Below are positions 35,365 to 49,379 of a DNA stretch of 62,000 bases, in pieces. A program made the position numbers and the translations under genes. A model generated the notes under the pieces. The model was not told the DNA's origin. It was given only the letters and a program-made list of their open reading frames with translations, and made no database searches. The DNA is from Vicugna vicugna. Taxonomy: Eukaryota. Location of the stretch: the NCBI GenBank assembly GCA_013265495.1, contig MU058781.1, positions 11,637,009 through 11,699,008 on the forward strand. Reading direction: 5' to 3'. Every line of letters begins with the position of its first letter. Positions within the stretch are counted from its first letter, which is position 1.

Positions 35365-38300
35365 TATATTTTAACCCTAATTCATTAAAATCTATCAGCA
35401 CAGTTGGGACTTAGGTTTTCCAGAATTCCCAGAAAGAAACAGAACATTGGACCTGGAGTGGACCTCAGAGCTATTGTTGTCTGACTCCCTCATGATACAG
35501 ATGATGGAACTAAGATCCATAGGTTTAAACTGCTTCCTTACAGACATGTTAGACACTGTGGCTGAATTCTAATGTAATTTAATATTTCTTTCAATGAGTC
35601 AAGTTGAAATGCGTAACTAGGATCCAAACGAAACTATGATCACTCTGAAATTTCCTGTAAACTTTTGTACCTGACTCTTTCAATAACACTCACTTATTGA
35701 GATACATGAAGATTTTTTTAAAAATCTGGTATTTGACTTTCTGAGCTACCTTTATAGAATAAGGAGATAACTAACAAAAGTTATCTACAAGTAGGGCCAA
35801 CTAGAGGTTACTCGTGATTCTGAATAAAGGGTGGTATGAAGCACAGAGAATCCCCACATCTCATTTGACTGGGTCCCATCTTCCTAATAAAACCCTTTTG
35901 AGAGCTGCCGAGAAGTGTTGAATTAATTTCTGTTTCACTTCCTTTATCTGCCTTTTGAAGGAGATTTGGCAGATAGCAGGGAGGGCAAGGAGGAAAAATG
36001 AAAAGACTCAAAGAACCCCAAAGTTGAGTCAACCCATCCCTAAATAACTGAAAATTGTGCGCAACTTGGCACAAAATACTACGAGTTGGATTCTTTGGGT
36101 CAGTAGCGACAAGGAAAAACAGGGCCCAGCAGGTGTGTGGAGAGGGACCATGCACTTGACTTGTGTTGTTGTTTTTTGTTTTTTGTTTTTGTTTTCTTTT
36201 CTCTTGGTACAGCACCTACACACAAATTTGACAAGCCAAAATAGGAATAAGAACACAGGCAGTCACAGTGACCTCTTATTAAATGCAGAGATTGTTATGA
36301 GTCACATTAAAAGTCAACAAAAGCCTCAGTTCCGGTAATCATCAAGACTGTGTGCTGCATTTAAACTTGGTCCTTCTCATTAATTATATAGAGTGCCCCC
36401 AAAGTATTGAAATGATAGATTTGGAACACGATTACTTCAGCAGGGGATCAGAGCTTTTGAAATTCATCATTCGTGTTAGCCAAACACTAAATTTCAGCCT
36501 GTCTCTCCTCGAAATGCAGTGAGAAACCTTCTAAACCTTTTGTGTGAATCCAGGAATGGAAAATAGTCTGGCAAATTTTGACAAGCATCTCTTCCAGAGC
36601 ACATTTGTACTCTGTTAGGAAGACCAGGCCAACTGCGGCTGGGTTGTCATGGCAACAGACATACACACCACTTACACATCAGCTTCTGAAATGAGCACAA
36701 AATAACAAAACCTTTCGATAGGATGGGACGGGAAGAGAAGGGCTGCACCATCCCCACAGCCTAATGAAACGTTTTCTGTCTTCTAAAGGGCTCTAGCCGG
36801 CATGCTGCTCTCATAGATGGTGTCATGTTTACAAGCCAGTGGAAAATTCATAGGATCTTCCTTACTGTGTTAACTTCAGGACAGTTCAGTCAATCACTTT
36901 CACCAAATTCTCATTTCCTTTTCAAACCCTGCTTACTAACTGATGTCAAACATTTTTATAGTAACTGGTCTCTTGTTTATTCCTCCAAGAAATAAATTTC
37001 CCTAATTTTCCATGGAGGTTTTGTGGGGCAATTTTATACAAAGGAGATGGAGCTGGAGGAAGAGGCGGTCTTTCAGAGGCCTCCAGAAGGTGTAGTTAAT
37101 CACTGTTTGAAAGCCATCTCTTGAAAATACAGTTTAAAAAATAAATAATAAATAGCTATTCATGCCGGTATTTCCCGAGGCATATGGCATCAATAAGGGA
37201 ATGGAACTGTGGGAAATAAATCCCCAATGGTGAAAAATTTAGACTGAGTGGAAGCAGGCTCCCTGAAGGTAAATCTTAGTGCTTTAAAGTAGAGAATTAG
37301 GATGGAATGTATCCCCTCCATTAGCCTTGAAGGGAAACCATGGGAGCTCTATTCATAAGAAGTAAAATTAGCCGTATGTTCAATTTTCATGACATTTGTT
37401 ATTGTAATAAGCATTCCACAGCATGACTTAATTGCTGCTGAAACGCGTAAGAGGAAAGAGAAGGAAGAAAAAGAAAGTGTTTGATTGTTAAATGACAAAA
37501 TCATCACGAATCCAGGAACATTTAGTAACTAGACACAGAGTGAGCTTGACAAGCAAGACATGACTAAAACCTCATGTAATAAAGTTCCCTCAACTGACTC
37601 ATCACTTTTTTTCTTCCTATAATGATGTACACTCATCAAATAAGCTCTAACCTTAAAGTGTCAAACCATCTCCGTGTAGTCATGCTTTTCCATCTTGTAA
37701 TTTAAAAAATTTATGTCAATTCCAATTTTAATTCTGGATCCTAAGAAACAATTCCAGGGGAAAAAAACACCTAAAGATAAAGATCCCCTCATTGCATGTA
37801 TCTTCTTGGGGCATCACCTTCTAGGCATTACACTTTGATAGAGTAGATAGGTAGGTTCTATGGGGAAAAAAAAGCTAAAGAATCAGCCTTCCTCTCCTAG
37901 AGATTGCAAACTGGTATCTGGTCAGCTGCCAGATATTTTGAGGGTAACAGAGGCTGGCACCATGTTTAAAAATGACATAAGCACCTACTAGACAGAGCAA
38001 AAACTCTTTATCTTGCCATATTCCTCCCTACTCTCTAATGTCTTACACCTAGACTGCTTAATTACTTGCGTTGCCTACTCAAAGGCTTTGAGTTCACAGT
38101 CATGTACACACTTGCCAATGCTCTTCAGCTTTTCTTCTCTCTGGTGTGTATTCAACTTAAGTCCTTTCTTTAAGACTTAACTCAGGTGGCTCCCTCTTCC
38201 AGTCCACTGGTCTCACCTGGCCATGCCTCTCACCCGTATCTAGTGCCATTGGTTTTAGCTCTTTCTTGTTCTTTAATTTGGTCATGACATTGAATGTAAC

Positions 38301-38711
38301 CAAATAGTAAACTTCTGGAGGGCTGGGGTTAGGATTTGCCATTCTTATGTTTTAACTCAGGATAGTGGTGGTTGCAGTATAGAAGCCCAGGACACCTGTC
38401 AGTTTAGCAATAAATGGGAATGCAGAAACCAACAAAGGGAGGAAGTGTGGACACGGTCCCGCTCCATAGGTTTACACTGGTTTCAAAAGAAAAGCTAAAG
38501 TTACTGGAAAGTATTTAGATCATCTCATGATAGAAATAGCTCTTTTAGGAATTGAGATTGGTATTTCGGTTACTAGTAGCATACTTGAAACACACATTTT
38601 TAATTAAAACCTGTTAGTAATAAGGATTGTCAACAAGTAGAATGAGCATACATATAGAAGTAATTTCATAACATCTAGGGAAAACATGGGATTGAATTTA
38701 AGTATTCGGTG

Positions 38712-39128
38712 ACTATCAGTTTCCTATGGCTGCTATATCAAATTACCACAAATTTAGTGGCTTAAACAAAAGAAATTTATTCTGGAGGTCAGAAATCCTA
38801 AAATCAAGGTGTCAGCAGGATTACTTTTCTTTTGGAAGCCCCAAGGGAAAGTCCTTTCCTTGCTTTTTCTAGTTTCTAGAGGCCACTTGCATTTCTTGGC
38901 TTGTGGCCCCATCCTCCATCTTCAAAGTCAGCCAAGGATTATCTTCAATCTTTCTCCAGCTCCCTTTTATAAGGACCCTTATGAATACATTGTGCCTACC
39001 TGGAAAATACAGGATGATCTTCATATTTTAAGCTTAGTGTTTGGCAACATTAATTCCCCTTTGCCAGGTAACCAGTTCCAGGGATTGGAATAGACTTCCT
39101 TAAGGGGGCCATCATTCTGACTATCACA
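38712..39128 (-). mobile_element. MLT1 (MaLR) solo LTR
   Basis: cagtttcctatggctgctatatcaaattaccacaaatttagtggcttaaac...attctgactatcaca. Confidence 0.85.
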
Positions 39129-40786
39129 GTAACAAAATGTAATAACCCAGCACCCAAGAAAATGACTCACTTATTGGAGTAAGTGAGGAAGCTATCATAT
39201 AATCCATTTTAAAACATTTTGTCCTACTTACTGATATTCTAAAATTGTTTATAAAATTAAGGATTCTTTGGTGAGAAGTTGCCATGGTGGAGCAGCATCT
39301 GGTTTTGAAAACGAAGATAAATTGTTTTTCAAGAAAGAAGATGTGACTTAGAAGTGTGTTTCGTGAGAAACCATTGTTTAGAAAGGAACTAAAACTTCAA
39401 AAATCAAGCTGTGCCCCCCCCCAAACCATCCACACACATACATATTTATATCTTGTTGTGACAACTCCTAAACCATTTGTGTGGAAAGCCTGAAGAAACT
39501 AGGACAACTCCATTCCTCATTCCCAATCCTCTGGTCAAGTACAATTTCTTGCTGCAGTTCACATGAAACACACACACTACTACTATATTTGGATGGACCA
39601 AACCTATTCAATCTCCAGTCCAGGGTAGAGAAAAGTGGAGGCAGAGGGGTGTCAGGGTTTTTGGCATAGAAATTAGGGGTAGGGGACTGAGAAAAGGAAG
39701 ATGAATGTTTATGTCATTCAGGAACTTTTACATGGTTGCAAGAAACTTCTCTCAAAGTGGCCCCCAAAATAGGAGGCAAATGAACATAAAACCATGTTTA
39801 CTACTAGAAACTAAAGCTTTGTGGGAAATCTTGAATTTATGGTGAAGGAGGAATGGAGAGGGGATGGGAAAGTATGTCTGGTCATTCTTTGATCTCTTCC
39901 CCTCAATCCTGAACTTGGGCTTTGGAGACCCCATTATTGGAGGATATTTATTTGATGGTTGATTTCCCTCTACCAGCTACTTCCTTCCCCTTCTGTCATT
40001 TTGTAACACATGCCAATGCTCTCCCTATCCTCTCTTTTTGCCCTGAAAAAATATGATGAATGCATAAAGACTTAATGGTACTGAAAAAAAAAATCAAGGT
40101 GCAGACACAAGTATATAGTGTGTCTACAAATTGCTGTTTCTTTGCAGACCATTATGTGGTAGAGGACAATTATAACTGATTTAGCCAGAAGAGCTATTGC
40201 ATGGAGAAATGGGGTTGGGGGGGAGGAATCTCGTCTTGGTAAGAAAGACAGTAATGGCAGGATGAAGTCAGATTTGTAAAATGCAAACTCAGGGATGCAC
40301 TTCATACCCTTCCTGATTCTATCATTTCTTTCTGGGGACATTTGCTGAGCCTCTACCATGATCCAAATATTTCTGGGCACAAAATTACAAAGAGAAATAA
40401 AATCATGTTTGTCCCCAAAAAGCTCACAATGTAATAAGGAAGAAAGAAATGTAATTTCATTACTGTACGGTAGGAAATCAAGTTGTCAAATACACATAAA
40501 TCCTAAGAAAATCCCAAAGGTGAGACAAAGCTAAATGTTCTACTTAAGAAAACAAAGGTTTAGTTGAACAATCCTTAAATGACAGTTGTGTTTAGTGACA
40601 AGAACCCGTAACAGAGATTTAGGTTTGCCAATAAAAGTAAAACGTTGGTCATTATACAAAATTACTTAATAAGGAGCGATACTTTTATAGGAAAATCAGA
40701 TCAGTGGATAATGTATTATATATCCTTGCTTTTTTCTATTAAAGCATGAAGACATGTTTCATGTTCGGTTTAGAAAAACTATAAAG

Positions 40787-40806
40787 TGGCACCACCTGGT
40801 GGTCAC
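40787..40806 (-). promoter_or_regulatory. CTCF-like motif
   Basis: Minus strand gtgaccaccaggtggtgcca closely fits the CTCF core (CCACCAGGKGGCGC-like). Motif only. Confidence 0.5.
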
Positions 40807-41063
40807 TACCCAAAGTGTCTGAATTAGCCTCGCAATTTCAAATACAGTGATCTTGACTAGCTCAGCCTTCTTACTAATGTTTACATTAAAGTAGCAAATT
40901 GATATATGTTCTCAGAAAATCAGAAACCTAAAGAAAACATTGAAAATTCCAGCTGAAGCAAACTCAGTAATATCCAGAATAATCTATCACCAAAAAAGAG
41001 AGTTTGTATATAATCATCATTGGATAGTATTGGATTTCCATTGTATAATAAATAAGAATGTCT

Positions 41064-41250
41064 AACAAGATTATACTATATAGCACAGGGAAATATTTAC
41101 AAGATCTTGTGGTAGCTCACGGTGAAAAAGTATGAGACAATGAATATATGTATGTATGTTCATGTATAACTGAAAAATAGTGCTCTACACTGGAAATTGA
41201 CACAACATTGTAAACTGACTATAACTCAATAAAATAAAAATAAATAAATA
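41064..41250 (+). mobile_element. Young 5'-truncated L1 tail with TSD
   Basis: TSD aataagaatgtct at 41051-41063 and 41251-41263; (TAAA)n tail. Confidence 0.9.
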
Positions 41251-41299
41251 AATAAGAATGTCTTATTCTGTTACTTTTTCTCCACTTTTAAAAAAAATC

Positions 41300-42500
41300 A
41301 GAGAAACAAAAACAGCCAACAAAAACAATTTATTTGTTGAAAATTTGTCCTATAGAATTTTCCATACTGGTCTGGGCTGATTACTTCCTCATGGTGTTGC
41401 TTACTTTGTTCCTCTGTTCATTGTATCCTATAAACTAGTAGTTTATAGGATCTAGATTAGATGAGAACTTGATTAGATTCCAGTTCTTTTTTTTTTTTTT
41501 TTTTTTTTTTAATGATGCTGTATGCTTCCTATTTTCATCAAAACCCCAGGTACATATGTGTAGTCGTGATGTTAAGATCAGCTGGTGGGTTCATATGATG
41601 TCAATCAGATCCCTCTTTTATGAAGTTCCCCCATAACTTCCCACCGATATCATTGTCTCTATCCACTATTTCTTGACAATAGCAAAATGGTGATTTTATG
41701 AATTCTATTATTCCTTCTACACTTATTAGCTGCAATTCCCTCATCATCTCTAGTTAGCTTGAAGTAGAGTTCATATAAGGAAGAAAGGATGAATGTGTAA
41801 TTTATTTATTTTAAAAATATTTTCAGGATGAGTTAGTGTTCTAGAAACTCCCAAAGGCAGTCAATGATGTTTTTGTGTTTGTTTTATTATGAATTCAAGA
41901 TCGTTATGTATTTGCTGTGTTTCAACCAATAGCAGGCATTATTCTTTTTGATCCCCAAACTGTCCCACCTTTGACCAATGTGTATATTTTTAACACAAAT
42001 ACTCTAATATGTAACAAAGTTGTTAAAGAAACTGGCACATTTCTACACTCTCAGGATAAACTGTTACCACTTTTAAGGAGGGCAACTTAGCAATATGTAT
42101 CAGGAAAGTCAATTAATAAAAATAATCAGGTGTAGATAATAATTGTACAAAGATATTAATTCTAGTGAACAATTAAAAAATGATGACAATAGGCTTTGAT
42201 ACATTTGTATGATGAAATCGTATAGCTACCATGTGAAAAATCTGGTTTTTGCAGAATTTTTATTATTGTGGGGACTTTTTTATATTATATAAATTGAAAG
42301 CAGCGGATTACCACAATCTTATAGACATATGATCCCAACTATTTTGTATAAATACGTACATAAACAGACGTCTAGGAAGACATATTTCAAAGTGTTAATA
42401 ATAGTTATTCTTAGATGGTGGGATTATAGAATTTTTATGTCTCTTTGTACTTTATATTACAAATTATCTCCAATAATATGTATCACAGTAGATCTTATTA
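41300..42500. mobile_element. Old L1 (L1MC/ME-like) fragments
   Basis: Degenerate L1 3'UTR-like AT-rich text in both orientations. Confidence 0.5.
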
Positions 42501-44258
42501 AAAAACAGCTATATTGAAATTTGCTTGTGAGAAATGATTTGTTATTCTTTGAATAATAAACCAAAGTAAATGTCTTTTACTGTGTTAGTGGAAATTGTAC
42601 AAGAAAGAAAGAACATTTTTTTCCTCAACCAAAAGATCATTCTAACTTAGTTAAGGCATGAAAATAAAACTGAGCTGAATTTAAAATGAAACATACAGGA
42701 GATATGTTATATTTTCCCTCCTAGGATCTGATCATTGCAATTAATTACACTTCTCCAAAAATAAATTGCCCCTGTGCTATCCAGTGAGTCAACCTGATAT
42801 TTCAGCTTGATTCTTAACGTGAATGAGAGCATCAACATACATTAAGACAGGTGTGCCTGCCATTTGAATGGGTTTCCACGGGACATCCCCACCTACCAGT
42901 TCCTTTTTTGATACTGACAATTGCTAATTTTTGACATCTTAATGTCTAGTTGTCTGACAACCTCTGGTCCAAACCACTTATTAAGCACTTAATTTCTGCT
43001 TTCCTTTCTTATTACCAAAGATTACTTTTTCAAGTATTCAATGTTGAAAAATTAGATAAATCCTGATGAGCTAAAAGAAAATAAAATTCAGAAAAGTTCT
43101 GTCAAAACACTTTTAACAGGTTGCATAAATCCGATTTCCTGGACCTATATGACTAGCCTGTTAACTCTTTGGGGATAAGATTGATACCGAGTTTATCCTT
43201 TGTTTCCTTTGCACCTAGAAAAGAGGCCAAGTTTGTGACTCTAGGTTAAATATCGTTAGGTGAATAGTTAGACAACATGTGTGATCATGTCCAGTTAACC
43301 TCCAAATATTCACACCAAATGGAGGGAAGAAGAGCCAGGAAAGGAAAGGAAGATGGGGGAGAGTTGCGGGGTAGACGGTGGGGACAGAGGTGTATGTAGA
43401 GGTGTCTGTCTCTCCACTGAACTGTCACAGCAGGTCCTCTCTGCCTCATGCCCTCTCCCACCTATAGGTCCTGGTGTCCACACGGGTGGTGGTGGGAGTT
43501 CTAAGAATCCGATCTAAGATACAGTCAAAGGAAACGGGTAACTTAAAAGCTTCTACTTAGTTAGCACTAGGGTTCTTCTAGACAAAGAAATTCAAATAAG
43601 TGCCAGTGATGCTTAATTTTTCTGCTACTTGGAGATAATACCTTGGATTTATATAGAAACTGTCTACTGAACAACAGCACTCTGGGAGGCCAGAGCTAGG
43701 GGGCCACTGGATACCATGACAATGAGACCTTTCTAGGGTTAGAAATATAAAAGCCATGGGGCCTTTAAGAAAATGACAGAAACCAGCAAGGAAGTTCATT
43801 CTGTTCACCCCCCAACTCCTAGCAATAGCTATGCCTTAAAAGAAGGCAAAAGTAAAAGATATTTTGAATTTAAACTGAATTTCTGAGGACAAAAAAAATT
43901 TTTTTAACTCTTCAGAATATAATTGATTTTAAAAAAAAGATGCTGGAATTGAGAAGAACATATATTTGTTTAAAGAAATTCACATGGAGTTTAAAACATA
44001 TTCCCTGTGATGTGATAAATACGAATATTCCAACATGGCTTTGGAAACACTGATTCTGGACTTCAAGAAGCCATCATTCCCTTCACATAGTCCCTCAAGT
44101 GAGTCGTTGCTCAGGAAGCATAAGAAGTTGAGTTTTCCTAGAGGTCAAAAATCAGAGCTGTAGGAGACTGAAACATGGGCTTGGATGGAATGATGGTGAT
44201 GTACTGATGAGCTTTTTTATGATGCTAAGTGATGTTCTGTTTGTCCTTTAACTCAAAG

Positions 44259-44957
44259 TGATACAGGAAAAATGTTGGGCATGAGACAATGGCCAGGTCC
44301 CAGGTCCCAGACGAATCCTTGGGATGCACCCCATCAAGTGAGGGTCCTTGGCTTCGAGCAGGAATGAATTCAAGAGTGAGCCATAGTTGAGTAAAAAGTA
44401 GGTTTATTCAGAGATGCACACTCCACAGACAGAGTGCAGGCCATCTCAGAAGGCCAAAGAGGCCTGGGAGTAGTCAAAGCAAAACTAGATACACACTCCA
44501 TAGACAGAATCCAAGCCATCTCAAAAGGTAAGAGAAAGGCAGAAGGGCCTAGGAGATACACATTCCATAGACGGAATGCGGGTCATCTTACTCAGAAGGG
44601 AGAGCAGCAGCCTCAGAGCGTGGGGTCGGTTGTGAAAAATGAAATTGGCCATGAGGTGTGGGAGTTGTTAGTTTTTATGGGGTGGGTAACTTCATATGCT
44701 AACAAGTGGGAGGATCATTCCAACTACTTTGGGAAAGGGGCTGGCAGTCCAGGAACTGGACCATCGCCCACTTTTTGACCTTTTATGGTCAGCCTTGAAA
44801 CAGTCATGGCTCGGGTTCCATTTAGCATGCTATTGTATATCAATGAACAACTATTGAAGCTCCAGGTCTACTGGGAGTTGAATCTTCCGTCGTCTTGGTG
44901 CTAATTGCTGGGTCATTCTTTTAATGGCTGTGCCCTGCCCCCTTCCTTCCTGTCTCA
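44259..44957 (-). mobile_element. ERV1-class solo LTR
   Basis: TG...CA termini; minus-strand AATAAA (tttatt ~44403); gggtccttggcttcgagcaggaatgaattcaagagtgagcc U5-like text; internal ~40-bp repeats. Confidence 0.8.
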
Positions 44958-46239
44958 GTGGTATTTCAAAGTCAAATTCTTGGTGTATTCACGAACTAAA
45001 GAAACAGGAGAAATTGCATGGAATTAAAAATTACAGAGACTTGTTTTTTCTGAATCACAGGTGAGCCATTTTTGAAAGCAATGTGTTCAGAAAGACAGTT
45101 TTATGAATGGATGTCACTTAATAGGTAAAACTAAAGGTGAACAAAAACACAAAATGCTACCTAAAAGGTTTATTTTCTAGTGCTTTGTGATTCATCAGGG
45201 CTATTGTGTGCAGAAGAGAGGGCAGTGGCTTCCATCTGTTGTATTTGGTTGTTACTGCATTTTTATTAGATATTTATATAGGTATGCATTTTGCCACATG
45301 TAGAAAGGAGAGCTGAGTTTCATTATTTGAGGTCTCACTAGTCTGGATTTATGACAATTCACATAAAGATAGGTTAAAGCCTACCTTTGTTTAGCAATAA
45401 AAAATAAAGGACTGAGAGTAGATTGAACAGATTCATCTTCTAAAGTACTTTGGAAGGTCAGTATGTAAACAATGGTGACACTAATTATAAAACCTCCTTG
45501 CCCCTGAAAAATAGGAAGTTTTACAATTTTAGAGGCACGACTTTTGTTACCCTATTTGAATTGCTGTTTGTCTTTTTTGTCCATTTTTTAAAAGCAAAAA
45601 AAATTAATGTATACTTTTAATGAAATCATCTGTATGAATTTAGAATATGAATCCCCCTGCGGTTTCTTTGAATTAGTGAAAGTTCTCGGTATCACGGAGA
45701 TTACAGCAGTCTTAGATGCAAGACTCTGACAGTTGGAGAGTCAACAGAGGAAAATCTTGAGGTTTGGAGCAGGAATTCCCTCTGAAAGGAAACTGGCAGT
45801 ACATAAGAAGTTAAAAGCCTGGAGGAAATAAATAGCATGCCAATGAAGGCAGAGGGTAGGGAGAGGCAGGTCTGTCTGTCCTTGCTCTGTCCAGCCTTTC
45901 CATGACTGCTGAGATGTGGGTCAGGGGCTGACATTCGGGTGGGGTTGGGGGGGCGCTCAAATCCTGACACAGCAAGGCCAAAAAGAACCACTCAGGCAAA
46001 AGGCACTTTTTGGATCTTCAAGTCTCCTATAAGCAAGTGTTCTATTTTTCAAACATTAAAACAACAACAAAAAGAGTGAGCCCATGAAGGACTTTCTGAT
46101 AAATTATATTTTTAAAATAGGAAAAGATTAAGTTTTAAAGGCATATCCTAATTCGCTAGACTAAGAACAGTTATTTGTATGGTTCTGCACACTGACAAAA
46201 TACTTAATGATCACGACTATTACAAGGGGTAGATTCCAA

Positions 46240-46950
46240 CCCACCGGTTTGGCCAATGAGCCTGGCAAAGCGGAAGCACAGGATGTAACGGAGTTGGTCA
46301 GTGGCCGAGCCTGAGGGGGAGTTGTTAGAGGGGGAGAGCAATGGGGAAGTACAAACCCATCCCCAGGGTCAGAAAGGAAAGTCTGTGATGGGAGGGTCAG
46401 TGTCTAGGCTCCAAATACAGACGTGTGGTGCGTGGTTTGTGTTTCTCCCCGCTAGGGACGGAAGGGAAAGCATTCATTGTCCGGTCCCAGCTCCGCCAGT
46501 AAACGGGTCACCAGTCTCGCAGTGGCAGCGTTACAAATGGCAGACTAGGAGCGGAGCCCCTTTTGGGTACAGAGGGAGGCATCTTCCTGTGAGCGTGGGA
46601 GCGGCCCTGAACCCAGTCTGTGCAGGGGAGGAAAAGGGCCCCTGGTGTGGATTACCACATCCTGGAGCAATCTGAGGTCTTGCCCTGCTCTGTGCTACAG
46701 CTCCGCTCTGCGGCAGTGCCACGCGGGGAGACACAATGGTCACAAGCCACCGCCAGGATGGGAAACCTACTTAACCAGTGGGAAGAAGCAAGTTTTGTGG
46801 GTCAAGGGATCGCTGGACCCTGGAGGAAGCGGCTTCTCAGCTGGTGGAGGTGAGGCAGAGGGGTCCAGCTTTCATTCGGTTTTGGAGCAGACAGGCAGCG
46901 CTGTCGGCCGGAAGTTGGTTGGTTGCCAAGATACACACCAGCTCTGAGCC
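46240..46950 (+). promoter_or_regulatory. CpG-enriched promoter/first-exon-like segment
   Basis: CCAAT (~46252) and ETS-like CGGAAG (~46271), with raised CpG. Kozak gccaggATGg at 46758 is followed by a donor-like ag|gtgagg at 46849/46850. Confidence 0.35.
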
Positions 46951-47806
46951 CAAGGGAGCTGGGTGCTCAGATTTGTTTCTGGGTGGTCTTCACCACCCTG
47001 TCAAGCCTAGAAAAGAATCCAGGGACTCAGGGTAGATATCCCATAAAGATTTTAACATTTGGTGAGCATTTTCCTTCTGTATATTTCACAAACACCAACA
47101 TTTAGCACAGCACTGGAAGATACTGTTCCCAGCAGACACCAATTATCTCTTTGACTCCCGTCAGACGTGGCCAGCCCTTGAGTCCACCTTCAGAAGACTC
47201 TCGGAGCTGGGTGCATTTCAACATTTTGAGATTTGGGGAGGCGTGGGAAGATGGATTTTCCGAAAGATAGTGCATGAAGCTGGAAAAACTGCTAGATTGG
47301 GAGTCAGCTGATTGGCGATTAAGCCCTGGTGGTAACAGTTCTAGCGGTGAAAACTGCTCTGCACTTGAACAGAAATGACAACAGAAGTGACTCTGAATCT
47401 TGGCTGTGTTCTGCCCCTTAGTAGCTGTGTGGCCTTCAGCAAGTCCTTTAATTTCTCTGAGCCTCCAAATCCTCACCTGCTAAATGACTACAATGACCAA
47501 CTTCACAGGGTTGGACTAAGAATGAAGTGAAAGAATGACTCACACAGTGCCTGGCACAAGCGCTGTCCCCAGTAAGGGATAGGTGTTCTCTCTCATTCCT
47601 TTTTCGCTGAGCCCCAGTTTCCACAAGAGTGAAAAGTGGGATAATAATACGATCATTTTAACTCACAGGAGAGTTGGGAGTCTCCAATGAGATAACGGAT
47701 GTGAAATCACGTCTACTCATAAGAATGTAAGGTTTGAATCATTCCTACCAGGTTGACATTTTAGGACCCATCATCTGGGCCACCTCTGCGTCAAGAAGCA
47801 ATGGAG

Positions 47807-48180
47807 TATAAGTCAGAGAAAGACAAATACCATATGGTATCACTTATACATGCAGTCTAAAAAGAAATGATACAAATTCTATTTACAAACCAAAAACAGA
47901 CTCAGGGACATAGAAACCACACTATGGTTACCAAAGGGGAAAGGGCGGGGAGGGATGAATTAGGGGCTGGGGATGAAAATACATACATGACTATCTATGA
48001 AATAGATAAACAAGGACCTACTGTATAGCACAGGGAACTATATTCAATTTCCTGTAATAACATATAATGGAAAAGAATCTGAAAAGAAAAAAAAATACAT
48101 GTATGTATATGTATAACTGAATCACTTTGCAGGACACTGAAACTAACAGTAAATCAACTACACTTCAATTTAAAAAAAAA
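47807..48180 (+). mobile_element. L1 3' end with poly(A)
   Basis: taagtcagagaaagacaaataccatatggtatcac...aaatcaactacacttcaatttaaaaaaaaa. Confidence 0.9.
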
Positions 48181-49379
48181 GCAGTAGCGGCAATAGAGGA
48201 GTGGGTTTGGCTGCTGTGGGAAGAGATAAGGCAAGGCCCTGAGAATGGGGCTGTGACTGGGACTCAGGGAGACGTTATTTATTAATACAACTGGAGGCAG
48301 CAGAGTCCTGGAAGAGGTTACCCTTGAAGAGGTGATGGAAAAAAGGGGTACACAAGAAATCAAGAGCAAACTTCTGGCCTGGGTAAAAAAGGATGCATAC
48401 TGACTGTACCGAGAGGGTAAGGGGTCTGACCGAAGTCTCCCAGGTGATCAGAGGCAAGACCTGGAAATAAATACCATGCCCTTGGCAGGGACAGTCACAC
48501 CTCTCCACCCCACCACATCACCTTCTCAGATACAGAGAAGGAAACAGCATTAGCAGTGACGGTGAATAAAAAATATGTAGTCTCACCCTGAGGCTTATGT
48601 TTCTCATCTTAAAAACCAAGCAACTTCATTTTAGCTGTGGAGGAAATCGATTTCTTGTCCTTTGGGGGAATAATAACAATGTGTAGTTTGCTCAGTTAAA
48701 AGCTGGACTAAAAGCATAAAGCTAAACATGATTTCCTGAAGAAATCAAGACATTCCTTCCCTCTTTTCCATCTGTGTGCAAGATGTTATTGTTCTCGATG
48801 CAAAACACAGAATTTGAACTCAGGAAAGAAAATGGAGAGGGAAAGAACAGGGTGGCTGGAAATCTCTTCAACCCCAGCAGGACTCCTGGACCCTCTGCAA
48901 CTGTGTCTTAGCTTCTCAGGGCCAGTACAGCCTCAACTGGAGAATGGCTCTTCCTTCTCCCGTACCCCAGTTCTCCTGCCTCCCCTGGCCTCTGCTCTTT
49001 TCTGTCAACCTGGCTGTAGATCTTACATTGAAGAAAACAGTCCCTGACTTGTGTCCTGGTTCTGTCATCACATACAGTGTCAGAGAAAAAAATGTAGGGT
49101 TGGTCCATTCTGAACTGTAATCATTTACTGCTGATTCAATAAAGTATCTCTGAGTCGTTCCCACTAATACTCCTAGGGTGCAGATGAGACACAGTGGGAC
49201 TCCAGAGAGGTTCCCTGTCCCTGATTTGCCTCGAGCTTCCTGAGAGGGGAACACAGCCATGAGGACCATGAAGACCTCAGGGGTTGTCCGTTCTGGTGAT
49301 CACTGTTTGCCCATGCTTTTTGGTGATTAGAGATCTTACCACCTGCAAATGATTATACCTTCTAAAAATACATCCAATA

